64,000 nt of DNA from Octopus sinensis (Eukaryota), in assembly GCF_006345805.1 (NCBI RefSeq), contig NC_043006.1:78616001-78680000 (forward strand), in the 5' to 3' direction. Below the pieces are notes generated by a model. It saw only the letters and a list, made by a program, of their open reading frames with translations. It had not been told where the DNA came from and did no database searches. Shown piece after piece: positions 1 through 8,967 of the stretch. Every line of letters starts with the position of its first letter. Position 1 is the first letter of the stretch. Both the position numbers and the translations under genes were made by a program.

Positions 1-2
1 TC

Positions 3-974
3 AGAGGGTGCGGGTGGTGTTGGGGTGGGTTGGGGCTTCGCACAGTTTTTCTTTTTCTTTCTTTTTCTCTTTTTTCTTCCTTCTTCCCACTCTGCTTGCA
101 TCTCCTCTTCTTCTGTCGTTTCTTTTTCCCTTTGGTTCTCTTTGGTTTCTTCCTCTTTTGGGGCTTCCGCGACAATTTCCTTTTCTTTTTCTTTTGGTGG
201 GGGAGGGCAGTAGGCTCTTATGTGACCCCTCAGGCCACACTTGTAGCACCTGGGCGCCCTACCCTCCACCCACACTCTCATAATAATATTTCCAGTTTTT
301 ATACTGTCCGTAAGCTTTTCTATAACTTCCGCCTCCGTCTGTATGTTTATTACTAGTGTGGCACCTCTCACGCCTTCATATTTCATAATGGCGTGGAGGA
401 TGTCCACTTTATCTTCATTTCCTTTGATAACCGCAGCCGTTATTAATTCGCCCTCTAGGTGTGGAGGTATTCCTTCCACCCTAATTCTGGTGGTCCTTCT
501 ATTCAAATACGAGGGGAACAAGTAAAACTTTTCTGTACTCACCACCTTGGCTGCTATATTCCTGGCTGCTTTCTCACTTTTAAATTGTACCGTTATGGTT
601 CCATATTCTAATCCTTTTGTCATGTACACAATTTCTTCTCCTGTCTGTTTGAAAGCCTCTTCAATTGCTTCCATGTTAATCACTTCCATTTTTCTACCTC
701 CATTCATAAATACTTTATATTTAATGGTTCTACGATGGAACCAGTCTCCGCGCCCTGCTAGAGGCAACAGCTCAACCTCTCCGTTCTCCTCCTCCTTCAT
801 GAACTCCTGGAAGTCCGTCAACTTAGCCAGGTCTATCTCTTTTTCTGTTGACTTCTTCGTTATACCTGCGTAGGTGCTTTCCATTTTTTTCACCGCCAAC
901 TCCTCCTCAGATGTCGACGAATTTTCAGAGAAATTTCTCCCTTCCATCTCATCCGTTTGGTAGAGGCGGCTCAT
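3..974 (-). CDS. Gag/ORF1p-like protein (RRM-like region + CCHC zinc knuckle + K/E-rich tail); 3' end runs off the window
   Basis: Manually translated; absent from the ORF track, probably because there is no stop inside the window. ATG at 974 (second ATG at 884), 324 codons open: MSRLYQTDEM...MESTYAGITKK...GLEYGTITVQFKSEKAA...FPSYLNRRTTRIRVEGIPP...RVWVEGRAPRCYKCGLRGHIRAYCP...KKRKRKKKK. Collinear with the 525-aa ORF at 1419-2996. Confidence 0.8.
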   Translation of the reverse strand, partial: MSRLYQTDEMEGRNFSENSSTSEEELAVKKMESTYAGITKKSTEKEIDLAKLTDFQEFMKEEENGEVELLPLAGRGDWFHRRTIKYKVFMNGGRKMEVINMEAIEEAFKQTGEEIVYMTKGLEYGTITVQFKSEKAARNIAAKVVSTEKFYLFPSYLNRRTTRIRVEGIPPHLEGELITAAVIKGNEDKVDILHAIMKYEGVRGATLVINIQTEAEVIEKLTDSIKTGNIIMRVWVEGRAPRCYKCGLRGHIRAYCPPPPKEKEKEIVAEAPKEEETKENQREKETTEEEEMQAEWEEGRKKRKRKKKKNCAKPQPTPTPPAPS

Positions 975-1106
975 AGTCGCCTCAGACCGAAAAACGGCCT
1001 CCCGAACAGAAAAACGTGCGACGCACAGAACCAGTGCGACGCGAAACCGCACCAACCGACGTTCCAATTCCGCAACCACAATTCACTTTTTGTTCTTTTT
1101 TAACCG

Positions 1107-1122
1107 AATTTTACAGAGCGCA
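1107..1122. repeat. 16-bp target-site duplication (3' side of ORF1-only element)
   Basis: aattttacagagcgca, identical at 3150-3165; the flanking bases differ on both sides. Confidence 0.8.
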
Positions 1123-3149
1123 TATTTTTTTTATTGCCCACTAGGGGCTACATAGATGGGACAATACAATCGGGAATGAATAATGAATTATGAAGTTTGT
1201 ACAATGTGGTGTAATGCCCACTCGATCCCCGAAATCGAGCGGTTACATTTCGTCATTTGTTTTTTTATTCGTCAACAATATTTTCCAAATAAAACATTTT
1301 TATACATTTTCAACATACATTTCAAAAGTTTTACAAAGTTCAACATTTCTTTTTTTTTTTTCAGAATTTAAAGTTCTTTTTATCATTTCCAAATTAAGTT
1401 TTCACAATACCTTTTCTTTTATATATACTCCATTATGTCTACCAACTCTGGGTAAAATTCCATTGTTCGAGGCCACCTTGTAAGTCGGCATTTCATATGT
1501 TTTGACACGTTCTCGCCAGCTGCCTCGATGAACGCCTCGGCGTCTTTCTCGTGGACGAGTGCACCTGTTTCTTTCCATTCGGTGCCCATCCTGACCCACG
1601 TATATCCGTTTGTTACGCTTATTAAATCTTCCATCTCCTCACAGTGCCTGTGATGGATTAACGTTCCATAGTATTTGAATTTTCTATTCGTATCTACGTT
1701 TTCTCTAGTTTTTCTCTTAGGACTTACTTCCTCTTTTTTCTCCTCCCTCGGTTTCTCTCTTTCTCTCTTTTTGCTTTCTCTTCTTTCTTTTTCCTTCTCT
1801 TGTCTTTTTGGCTCTTTGTCTGCCGTCTCTCTACCCTGTGCCTTAAATTCCATTCCTGTTGTTTCTTTTCCTTTTTGCATACCATTTTTTCCTTTCTCTT
1901 GGTTCTGTTCCTTCTCTTGTCTTTTTGGTTCTTTGTCTGCCGTCTCTCTACCCTGTGTCTTAAGTTCCTTTCCTGTTGTTTCTTTTCCTTTCTCTCGGTT
2001 CTGTTCCTTCTCTTGTTCTTTTCCTGCTTTTTCTCTTCCCTTTAATGTACTTTCCTTTTCTTTCTCTTTCTTCTGCCTTGGCTCCTTCTCCACTACTTCT
2101 GCACCCTGTGAATTTTGCTCCTTTTCTACTATCTTCTTCCCTTTGTTTTCATTTTCCTTCAGTGCGCTGTTACTTCCCTTCTCTTGTTGTTTCTCCGTTA
2201 TTTCCTTTTCCTTGTTTTCGCTGTTCTTTCCTTCGTGTTCGTTTTCCTTCTCTCCACTTTGTGTCTCTTTTTGCTCCGCTGTGAATTCATACAGCGGACA
2301 TTCCTTTTTTATGTGCCCTCTTGATCCGCACAGGTAGCAATTCGGTTTTCTGCCTTCCACTATTACACTAATTGTCTTCTCGTTTTCTATTTCTATTTGG
2401 AAGGGAAATCTTTCGATGTCTTCCATTGTGGCCATTACCCACAACTCTATTCCGTATCCCTTCCAATTTACAACGTTCGACTCCTTAATTGACCCTATTT
2501 CTACTTCCTCTTTTGCTGCCCCAATAATGGCTGTTACCAGCATTTCTGTTTTAATATTTGGGGGCACCTTTGGGACTCTTACCCGTACCCCTCGTCTTCC
2601 TTTATACGTCGGCCACATGGTGAAATTTTCCGCTTTCAGGACAGTGGAAGCCAATGAGGCCGCCACTTCCTTTGTTGCGCATCTCACCTCCACCGTACCA
2701 TATTTCTTTCCTCTGTCTACGAAAGTCGCTTTTTTCATGATGTCTCCCAGACATTTCTCTATTTCTTCAATCGTCACTCTCACCAGTTTTCTCGTGTTTC
2801 TATCTTGCGTTCTATACGTTATCGTCTTGTTAATTTTTTCTTCTATTGTTTCCACAGGCGGGACCAGCTTCACGCTGTCACCCTCCCTTTTGACGAACTT
2901 CTCGTATTCCTTCAATTGTTCTTTTCTAAAGAACACTTCTCTTATTCTAAGAGACTCGTCACTTTTTGTTGTGGCGACCCCCGCGTAAGTCTCCATGACT
3001 TGAGGGTCGACACACCTTCTATAAAAGGTTCAAACACGTAGCGGCAAACGCCTCGCGCGATTCAATTTTTGACAACTTTTAACAGTCTTTTTTCAATTTC
3101 ACATATAAATAACTCACAACACACGTATATAGCTTGGCGCCATATGTTC
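1123..3149 (-). mobile_element. ORF1-only (gag-only) non-autonomous non-LTR retroelement, 2027 bp, L1/Tx1-like ORF1
   Basis: About 150-bp leader, a single 525-aa ORF and about 295 bp of 3' UTR ending ...gtagcccctagtgggcaataaaaaaaata. Flanked by a perfect 16-bp direct repeat. No RT or endonuclease coding capacity inside the boundaries. Confidence 0.78.
1419..2996 (-). CDS. Gag/ORF1p-like nucleic-acid-binding protein, 525 aa, CX2CX4HX4C knuckle
   Basis: Intact ORF with VIVEGRKPNCYLCGSRGHIKKECP, an N-terminal RRM-like alpha/beta pattern, a long K/E-rich linker containing a 39-aa duplication, and a ~85-aa globular-looking C-terminus. Confidence 0.85.
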   Translation of the reverse strand: METYAGVATTKSDESLRIREVFFRKEQLKEYEKFVKREGDSVKLVPPVETIEEKINKTITYRTQDRNTRKLVRVTIEEIEKCLGDIMKKATFVDRGKKYGTVEVRCATKEVAASLASTVLKAENFTMWPTYKGRRGVRVRVPKVPPNIKTEMLVTAIIGAAKEEVEIGSIKESNVVNWKGYGIELWVMATMEDIERFPFQIEIENEKTISVIVEGRKPNCYLCGSRGHIKKECPLYEFTAEQKETQSGEKENEHEGKNSENKEKEITEKQQEKGSNSALKENENKGKKIVEKEQNSQGAEVVEKEPRQKKEKEKESTLKGREKAGKEQEKEQNREKGKETTGKELKTQGRETADKEPKRQEKEQNQEKGKNGMQKGKETTGMEFKAQGRETADKEPKRQEKEKERRESKKREREKPREEKKEEVSPKRKTRENVDTNRKFKYYGTLIHHRHCEEMEDLISVTNGYTWVRMGTEWKETGALVHEKDAEAFIEAAGENVSKHMKCRLTRWPRTMEFYPELVDIMEYI

Positions 3150-3165
3150 AATTTTACAGAGCGCA
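3150..3165. repeat. 16-bp target-site duplication (5' side of ORF1-only element)
   Basis: aattttacagagcgca, identical to 1107-1122. Confidence 0.8.
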
Positions 3166-3177
3166 AAAAAACGCGAC

Positions 3178-3827
3178 CTTTTTTCTCTACATTGTATACT
3201 TTATAGACAATAGTCTTTTCTTTAATTTAATTTTTTATTATCCATCTGGACTATTCCATTTCTGCACGCTAATTTTATTTTTACTTTATTCCCATTCATG
3301 TGAAACCACTAATTCAAATCATTGATGCAATTTTATACCAATTGCTATTTTTACTTTTGTCGTGTTACTTTAGTTTGATTTTAATTATTACTTACTACAT
3401 ATAATTCAATTGTTATTATTATTTTTATTGTTAAAGTGAAAGTATCTTACATATAATAGAGAAGCGTTTTTGTTTCACTTTTAACACGTAATACTGAAAT
3501 AGTGGAGAAGATATGATATCGCTATGGGCTCGCTCTAGGCAAGAAGTTGAACATTTTTTTGCCCATGAAACTACATGGACCCTAAGTAAGGCATGTGTAA
3601 AATTTGAATGGAATTGGTTGTGTAGTTCTCAAGTTTTAGGGAATCGTAGTGGAGAAGATATGATATTGCCGTGGGCTCGCCCTAGGCGAAAAGTTCAAAA
3701 TGTTTGACGATGACACTCTCCGGACCCTAAGTAAGGCATGTGTAAAATTTGAATGAAATTGGTTGTGTAGTTTTAGGGAAACAGACAGACAGACAGACAC
3801 ACATTCTCAGTTTTATATATATAAAGA
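3178..3827 (-). mobile_element. Non-autonomous Helitron, 5' portion (family A)
   Basis: Minus strand begins A|TCTTTATATATATAAAACTGAGAATGTGTGTCTGTCTG, a typical Helitron 5' end. Near-identical to 21630-22159 in the opposite orientation, with an extra ~145-bp internal duplication (about 3501-3780). Confidence 0.65.
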
Positions 3828-3840
3828 TATATAATATAAC

Positions 3841-4159
3841 ATAGCATTGCTCAGTGGTTAGAGCGTCGTGCTTACGATCGCGAGGTTGTGAGTTTGAATC
3901 CCGGACTGGGGTGCGTGTTGTGTTCTTGAGCAACACACTTTATTTCACGTTGCCCCAGTTCACTCAGATGTAGAAATGAGTTGCGACGTCACAGGTACCA
4001 AGCTGTATCGGCCTTTGCCTTTCTCTTGGATAACATCAGTGGCGTGGAGAGGGGAGTTTGTTATGCATGGACGACTGCTAGACTTCCATAAAACAATCTT
4101 GCCCGGAGGATAACTTTCTCGGTGCAATCCCATGGTCAGTCATGACCGAAGGGAGTCTC
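3841..4159 (+). mobile_element. tRNA-derived CORE-type SINE, tail variant A
   Basis: tRNA-like A/B boxes (ctcagtggttagagc / gtttgaatcc), a central tgtgttcttgagcaacacactttatttcacgttg block, and the same tail as 51961-52288. Confidence 0.75.
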
Positions 4160-4161
4160 AG

Positions 4162-4203
<42 letters not shown>

Positions 4204-4305
4204 TACGCAATATTATATTAATATGATTGAACATTAGTTAGACACAAGTGCAAATTCGTGTAATCAAAGTCAAAGCACAGTTGTATTGATTTGTAATTTT
4301 AAAAG

Positions 4306-4623
4306 ACTCCGCCGGTTACGACGACGAGCGTCCCAGCTGATACGATCAACGGAACAGCTTGCTCGTGAAATTAACGTGCAAATGGCTGAGCATTCCACAG
4401 ACACGTGTACCCTTAACGTAGTTCTCGGGGATAATCAGCGTGACACAGAGAGTGACAAGGCTGACCCTTTGAAATACAAGTACAACTCATTTTTGCCAGC
4501 TGAGTGGACTGGAGCAACGTGAAATAAAGTGTCTTGCTCAAGGACACAACGCGTCGCCGGGAATCGAACTCACAACCTTACGATCATGAGCCGAATGCCC
4601 TAACCACTAAGCCACGCGCCCTC
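4306..4623 (-). mobile_element. tRNA-derived CORE-type SINE, tail variant B
   Basis: Same head and core block; the tail (...cgtcgtcgtaaccggcggagt) is shared with 24864-25180, 42000-42360 and 48177-48553. Confidence 0.75.
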
Positions 4624-4939
4624 ACTGATTTGTAATAAATCCTGTTCAATCCATCTTCTCATATTAACAAATATATATAATTTGTTTATCTAGAACCCAT
4701 ATATAGTTACTATGACGCTGAAAGTTCATACTTAATGGCTCTAAAACAAGCGTTTATGTTTCTCTGAATGGTATATTTATAATGCAGTCGGCAAGGAAAA
4801 TACGGAAGCATTATAAAAGAAATACACATGCACGTACGCATATGTTTGAGTGTGTGTATGTGTGTGCGTGTATGTATGTGTATGAGTGTATATATGTGTG
4901 TGTGTATGTGTGTATGTGTGAGTGTGTGTGCGCGTGTGA

Positions 4940-4971
<32 letters not shown>

Positions 4972-5565
4972 TGAATACACGATTGTTTCCTATATCGTTA
5001 TCAGACATATATGTATGTATGTATGTATGTAATATATGTATCTATGTATGTATAGTTAATCCAAACATGAACAAAGAGAGAACACAAGTATAGTGTTATT
5101 GGACGCTCAGGAAAGGAAAGAAGGAAGTAGGATTTAATGTTTCGAGCGGAGCTCTTCGTCAAAAACATACAAAAAGGAAAGATCCAAGGAAGGGAAGACG
5201 GAGAAAGAAAATCGCCAACGATACACACGCAGTCACATGTATGTATGTATGTATGTATGTATGTATGTATGCATGCATGCATGCATGCATGGGTGGATGG
5301 ATGGATTTAGCATGCATGCATGTCCGGCCTATTAAACATATATCTTTATCATATTCTTGCATGAATAATTTGCAGATTGCTTTGAATCCGGACAGTAAAA
5401 TTCCAAAGCATATCCTCAAAATTTCTTAACCGTAGTCTCATCTTCAGGCTGGAGTAAAGTTGGAGGGAAATGTATGTTATTTCTTTTGTACCAGGCAGGT
5501 CCAATATGTCTATAACAGCCAGGTGGGCTCTTTTTACAACTATTGCCAGCTGTCTGTGTCTTTGG

Positions 5566-5800
5566 ATTTCTTTATTACCCACTAGGGGCCAAACATATAA
5601 TTGAACAAAACAACTGATTGGATCAGTGAAACGGTATGAGTTTACATATATGGTTTCAAAATTTAAAACAATATATAAAATTGAATGAAATAAACAATTC
5701 AAAAGACAATAAAAATACACGTGCAAAATGATTACTATGTTAAATATAAGATTAACCACAGAATATTTGCTAGCGGAGAGTTGGTATACTAAGAGTAGAG
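5566..5800 (-). mobile_element. 5'-truncated retrocopy carrying the shared gcccctagtgggtaataaagaaat tail
   Basis: Minus strand ends tatatgtttggcccctagtgggtaataaagaaat, preceded by AT-rich UTR-like sequence. The upstream boundary is uncertain. Confidence 0.45.
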
Positions 5801-6245
5801 CCACATGTTATTCTAAAATTCATTATTACTTTGACCTTGCCTCACACTCTCTTCACTGATTTGACTAAAACATACGGGCAAACTGGTATGTGAAAATCAA
5901 TTTTGTAGTATTGTCTATTTCGTGTATCATGAATTTACTGCGTATTATATAAATGAAACGTATAATATTTTTTTAAGAGATAAACTCATTGTAAAAAGAA
6001 AATCTTTATAAAAGCGAAGACAATACCACACCTTATACATTGCACCCAATCGTGAACTTAGTCTAATAATATACAACAATAGCACTAAAATGAAAGTTTC
6101 TTTATCTGTACCAAACCACACGCCTACAAGCCCGGGAATATGCAACTAACGCCTGAACAAAAAAAAAAAAGTAATCTAAATCTAGAACACACCCATTTTT
6201 TCAACTCAACTTGCTTGAAAAGGAAATCAGATAGCGCTTGCGTGG

Positions 6246-6428
6246 GCATGTGTGTGTGCGTGTGTGCGTGTGTGTGTGTGTATGTGTGTGTGTATGTGTG
6301 TGTATGTGTGTGCGTGCGTGCGTGCGTGCGTGTGTGTGTGTGTGTGTGCGTGCGTGCGTGTGTGTGTGTGCGTGCGTGTGTGCGTGCGTGTGTGTGTGCG
6401 TGCGTGCGTGTGTGTGTGTGTGCGTGCG

Positions 6429-6460
<32 letters not shown>

Positions 6461-6494
6461 CGTGCGTGTGTGCGTGTGTGTGTGCGTGCGTGTG

Positions 6495-6540
<46 letters not shown>
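6246..6540. repeat. Compound (TG)n/(TGCG)n microsatellite
   Basis: Direct inspection; source of the spurious CV/HT-rich ORFs. Confidence 0.95.
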
Positions 6541-6541
<1 letters not shown>

Positions 6542-6727
6542 ACTCAACAAAAGCAAATGTATTTGCAGTGGTCGATTAGTTCATGTACCCTGACGTTTTC
6601 GGTCGCAACACCATCTCACCTTACTTGAACAATCGGAATGAAAATAGTTACTTAGTATCTGTTAATGTTTCGTGTCTTTGTACAGTCAGTGCTTACATAA
6701 ATGAATTAATTAAAATTGAATTAAAAC

Positions 6728-6938
6728 TTTACTCCTTTTCTCTTTTACTTGTTTCAGTCATTTGACTGGGGCCATGCTGGAGCACCACATTTAGTCCAGC
6801 AAATCGACCCCAGGACCTATTCTTTGTAAGCCTAGTACTTATTCTATCGGTATCTTTTGCCGAACCGCTAAGTTACGGGGACGTAAACACACCGCCATCG
6901 GTTGTCAAGCGATGTTGCAGGGACAAACACAGGCACAC

Positions 6939-7021
<83 letters not shown>

Positions 7022-7186
7022 TTATACGACAGGCTTCTTTCAGTTCAGTTTCTGTCTACCAAATCCACTCAGAAGGCTTTGGTCGGCCCGAGGCTATAGT
7101 AGAAGACACTTGCCCAAGGTGCCACGTAGTGGGAATGAACCCGGAACCATGTGGTTGGTAAGCAAGCTACTTACCACACAACCAAT
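6728..7186 (-). mobile_element. tRNA-derived SINE with Meta-domain-like core and internal (TA)n(TG)n
   Basis: Core ggcaccttgggcaagtgtcttctactatagcctcgggccgaccaaagcc; homologous to the copies at 31375, 35001, 56870, 61461 and 62754. Confidence 0.75.
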
Positions 7187-7445
7187 TCACCTACATTTTT
7201 TCATGATGTAATCAGTCTATTTTTCAAGATGTACTCAGTCTAAACATCAATAAAAAAAACACGCCTGAAACAGCTTTAGTGAGCCCTAACCCATTTGTAT
7301 TCTTTCTTTATGTAACCACCTTACTTGGAACCTACTTTGCATTGGATCTGGAACTTACGTATATGTAAGTATTTGGCCATGTCCGTATATGCATGGATAT
7401 ATGCATGTCAGTGTACAGTGTATATATGTATATATAGAAATAAGG

Positions 7446-7695
7446 TTAAATGCGCCCTTTTAAAGCTTAGCCAGGTTCATGGGCCCGGTTTCCGGCTTCA
7501 ATGGCGTATATGTGCCCCAGCTGGACGGGACGCCAATCCATCGCAGCGTTACTCATTTTTGCCAGCTGAGTGGACTGGGGCAACGTGAAATGAAGTGTTT
7601 TGTTCAAGAACACAACGCGTCGCCCGGTCCAGGAATCGAAACCACAATCTTACGATCATGATGCTGACACCCTAACCACTAAGCCACGCGCCTCC
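7446..7695 (-). mobile_element. tRNA-derived CORE-type SINE, tail variant C
   Basis: Near-identical to 23101-23373. Confidence 0.75.
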
Positions 7696-8157
7696 ACATA
7701 TGTATATATATGTATGTATTTATGCACATATGTATAAGGGACGGATGGACGGATGGATGGACTGACGGATGGACGAACCGACGGACTGACGGATAGATGA
7801 ACTGACGGATGGACGAACCGACGGACTGACGGGTAGATGGATGTGTATTTTTTGAGATATTCATCGATGGCTATTCGAGTAAGTACGGAGTGTATGACAA
7901 AAGACAGTCATACAATTGAGCTCAATCAAAAGCAAACAAATAACCTTGTGTCTAAAGTAGGTGTCAGTTAATGGCGTTTACCGTAAAGCAAGACCTTGCT
8001 CTTTTGAAAAAAAAAACATCCATGGTTCTAATACGATTTACCGTTAAGCAAATTTCACGTTTTACACTTAATGACCTCGAAAATGTGAAGCAGGAATGTC
8101 AAAATAGCAAGAATGAATGTCTCATATTCTCATGTTTAAAAATTAGAAAATGTATAC

Positions 8158-8286
8158 CTGCAGGAAATATTTCATGGTACGCAAGCGATCCTGTAGATTC
8201 GTTTGGTTAATCAGTTCAGTAATAACCATACTAATAACTTGGTCACAGAATGTCATTAATACTGCTACGCTGTTATTGGAATGTTT
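8158..8286 (-). CDS. RasGEF (CDC25-like) paralog 2, internal exon (129 bp, phase 0-0)
   Basis: tttatag|AAA...CTGCAG|gtatac; encodes KHSNNSVAVLMTFCDQVISMVITELINQTNLQDRLRTMKYFLQ, clearly paralogous to the exon ending at 63876 (ANNSLVIWMTFSEQMRNMVVAEVVTQKDMLDRLQAMRYFMK). Not in the ORF track. Confidence 0.8.
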
Positions 8287-8478
8287 CTATAAATATAAAC
8301 GGAATAGCACATGAATATAATCTAACAGTGTTACATTTGCATTTTTATTCTATATATATTAGACTTAGAATAATTGGGTGATGTTAGTTTGGTCAGAGTT
8401 TGACCTAAATTGTTCCAAATTCGTAATCGGAGAAAAGATATTGGTAAGAACGAAGGTTAGGATTGTGGTATAAAATAT

Positions 8479-8711
8479 AAGGCGACGAGCTGGCAGAAAC
8501 GTTAGCACGCCGGGCGAAATGCGTAGCCGTATTTCGTCTGCTGCTACGTTCTGAGTTCCAATTCCGTCGAGGTCGACTTTGCCTTTCATCCTTTCGGGGT
8601 CGATTAAATAAGTACCAGTTACGCACTGGGGTCGATATAATCGACTTAATCCGTTCGTCTGTCCTTGTTTGTTCCTTCTATGTTTAGCCCCTTGTAGGTA
8701 GTAAAGAAATA
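8479..8711 (+). mobile_element. tRNA-derived Nin/Deu-domain-like SINE, tail 1, with ~14-bp TSD
   Basis: Head aaggcgacgagctggcagaaacgttagc, core gcctttcatcctttcggggtcgat..aagtacc, tail tttagccccttgtaggtagtaaagaaata. The sequence ggtataaaatataa occurs at 8467-8480 and 8712-8725. Confidence 0.8.
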
Positions 8712-8843
8712 GGTATAAAATATAACTTTTTAGTTTAAAATTATACATAAAGAAGGTCATATATTTTATATTTTACTTGGAAATGCTTAAAAATTGCAAG
8801 AATTTTAGGACAAAAACTAAGTTTTAAAAATATTTAAATTTAC

Positions 8844-8967
8844 CAAACGTAAGTTCCTCTTCTGAAAATGTATAAGATCCTCTGCCCTAATCCTCAGAAT
8901 TAGCGTTTTGGTTACATAGGTCAATTCAAAGGCCAGTTGTTCAGCTTTGATGTCCGTATAATTAGGC
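8844..8967 (-). CDS. RasGEF (CDC25-like) paralog 2, exon at the start of the catalytic domain (124 bp)
   Basis: caactacag|G CCT AAT...CGT TTG|gtaaat; encodes PNYTDIKAEQLAFELTYVTKTLILRIRAEDLIHFQKRNLRL, resembling the 'ElAeQLTl.d..lf..I...El' start of CDC25 domains. Ends in phase 0, compatible with the 8286 acceptor. Confidence 0.75.

Noticed and set aside
1675-2988. Plus-strand F/S/L-rich ORFs (220, 190 aa and others)
   Set aside because: Antisense shadows of the purine-rich 525-aa minus-strand ORF.
3136-3165. tggcgcc just inside the element's 5' end, resembling an LTR primer-binding site
   Set aside because: There are no LTRs, the flanking repeat is only 16 bp without TG...CA ends, and the 3' end is A-tailed, so a non-LTR interpretation fits better.
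3841-3912. tRNA-like sequences at SINE heads (also 24864, 31375 and others)
   Set aside because: They have A/B boxes but no complete cloverleaf and continue into SINE cores, so they are not tRNA genes.
5349-5804. 151-aa minus-strand ORF
   Set aside because: Spans the AT-rich UTR-like retrocopy and its tail into unrelated sequence; no recognisable motif.
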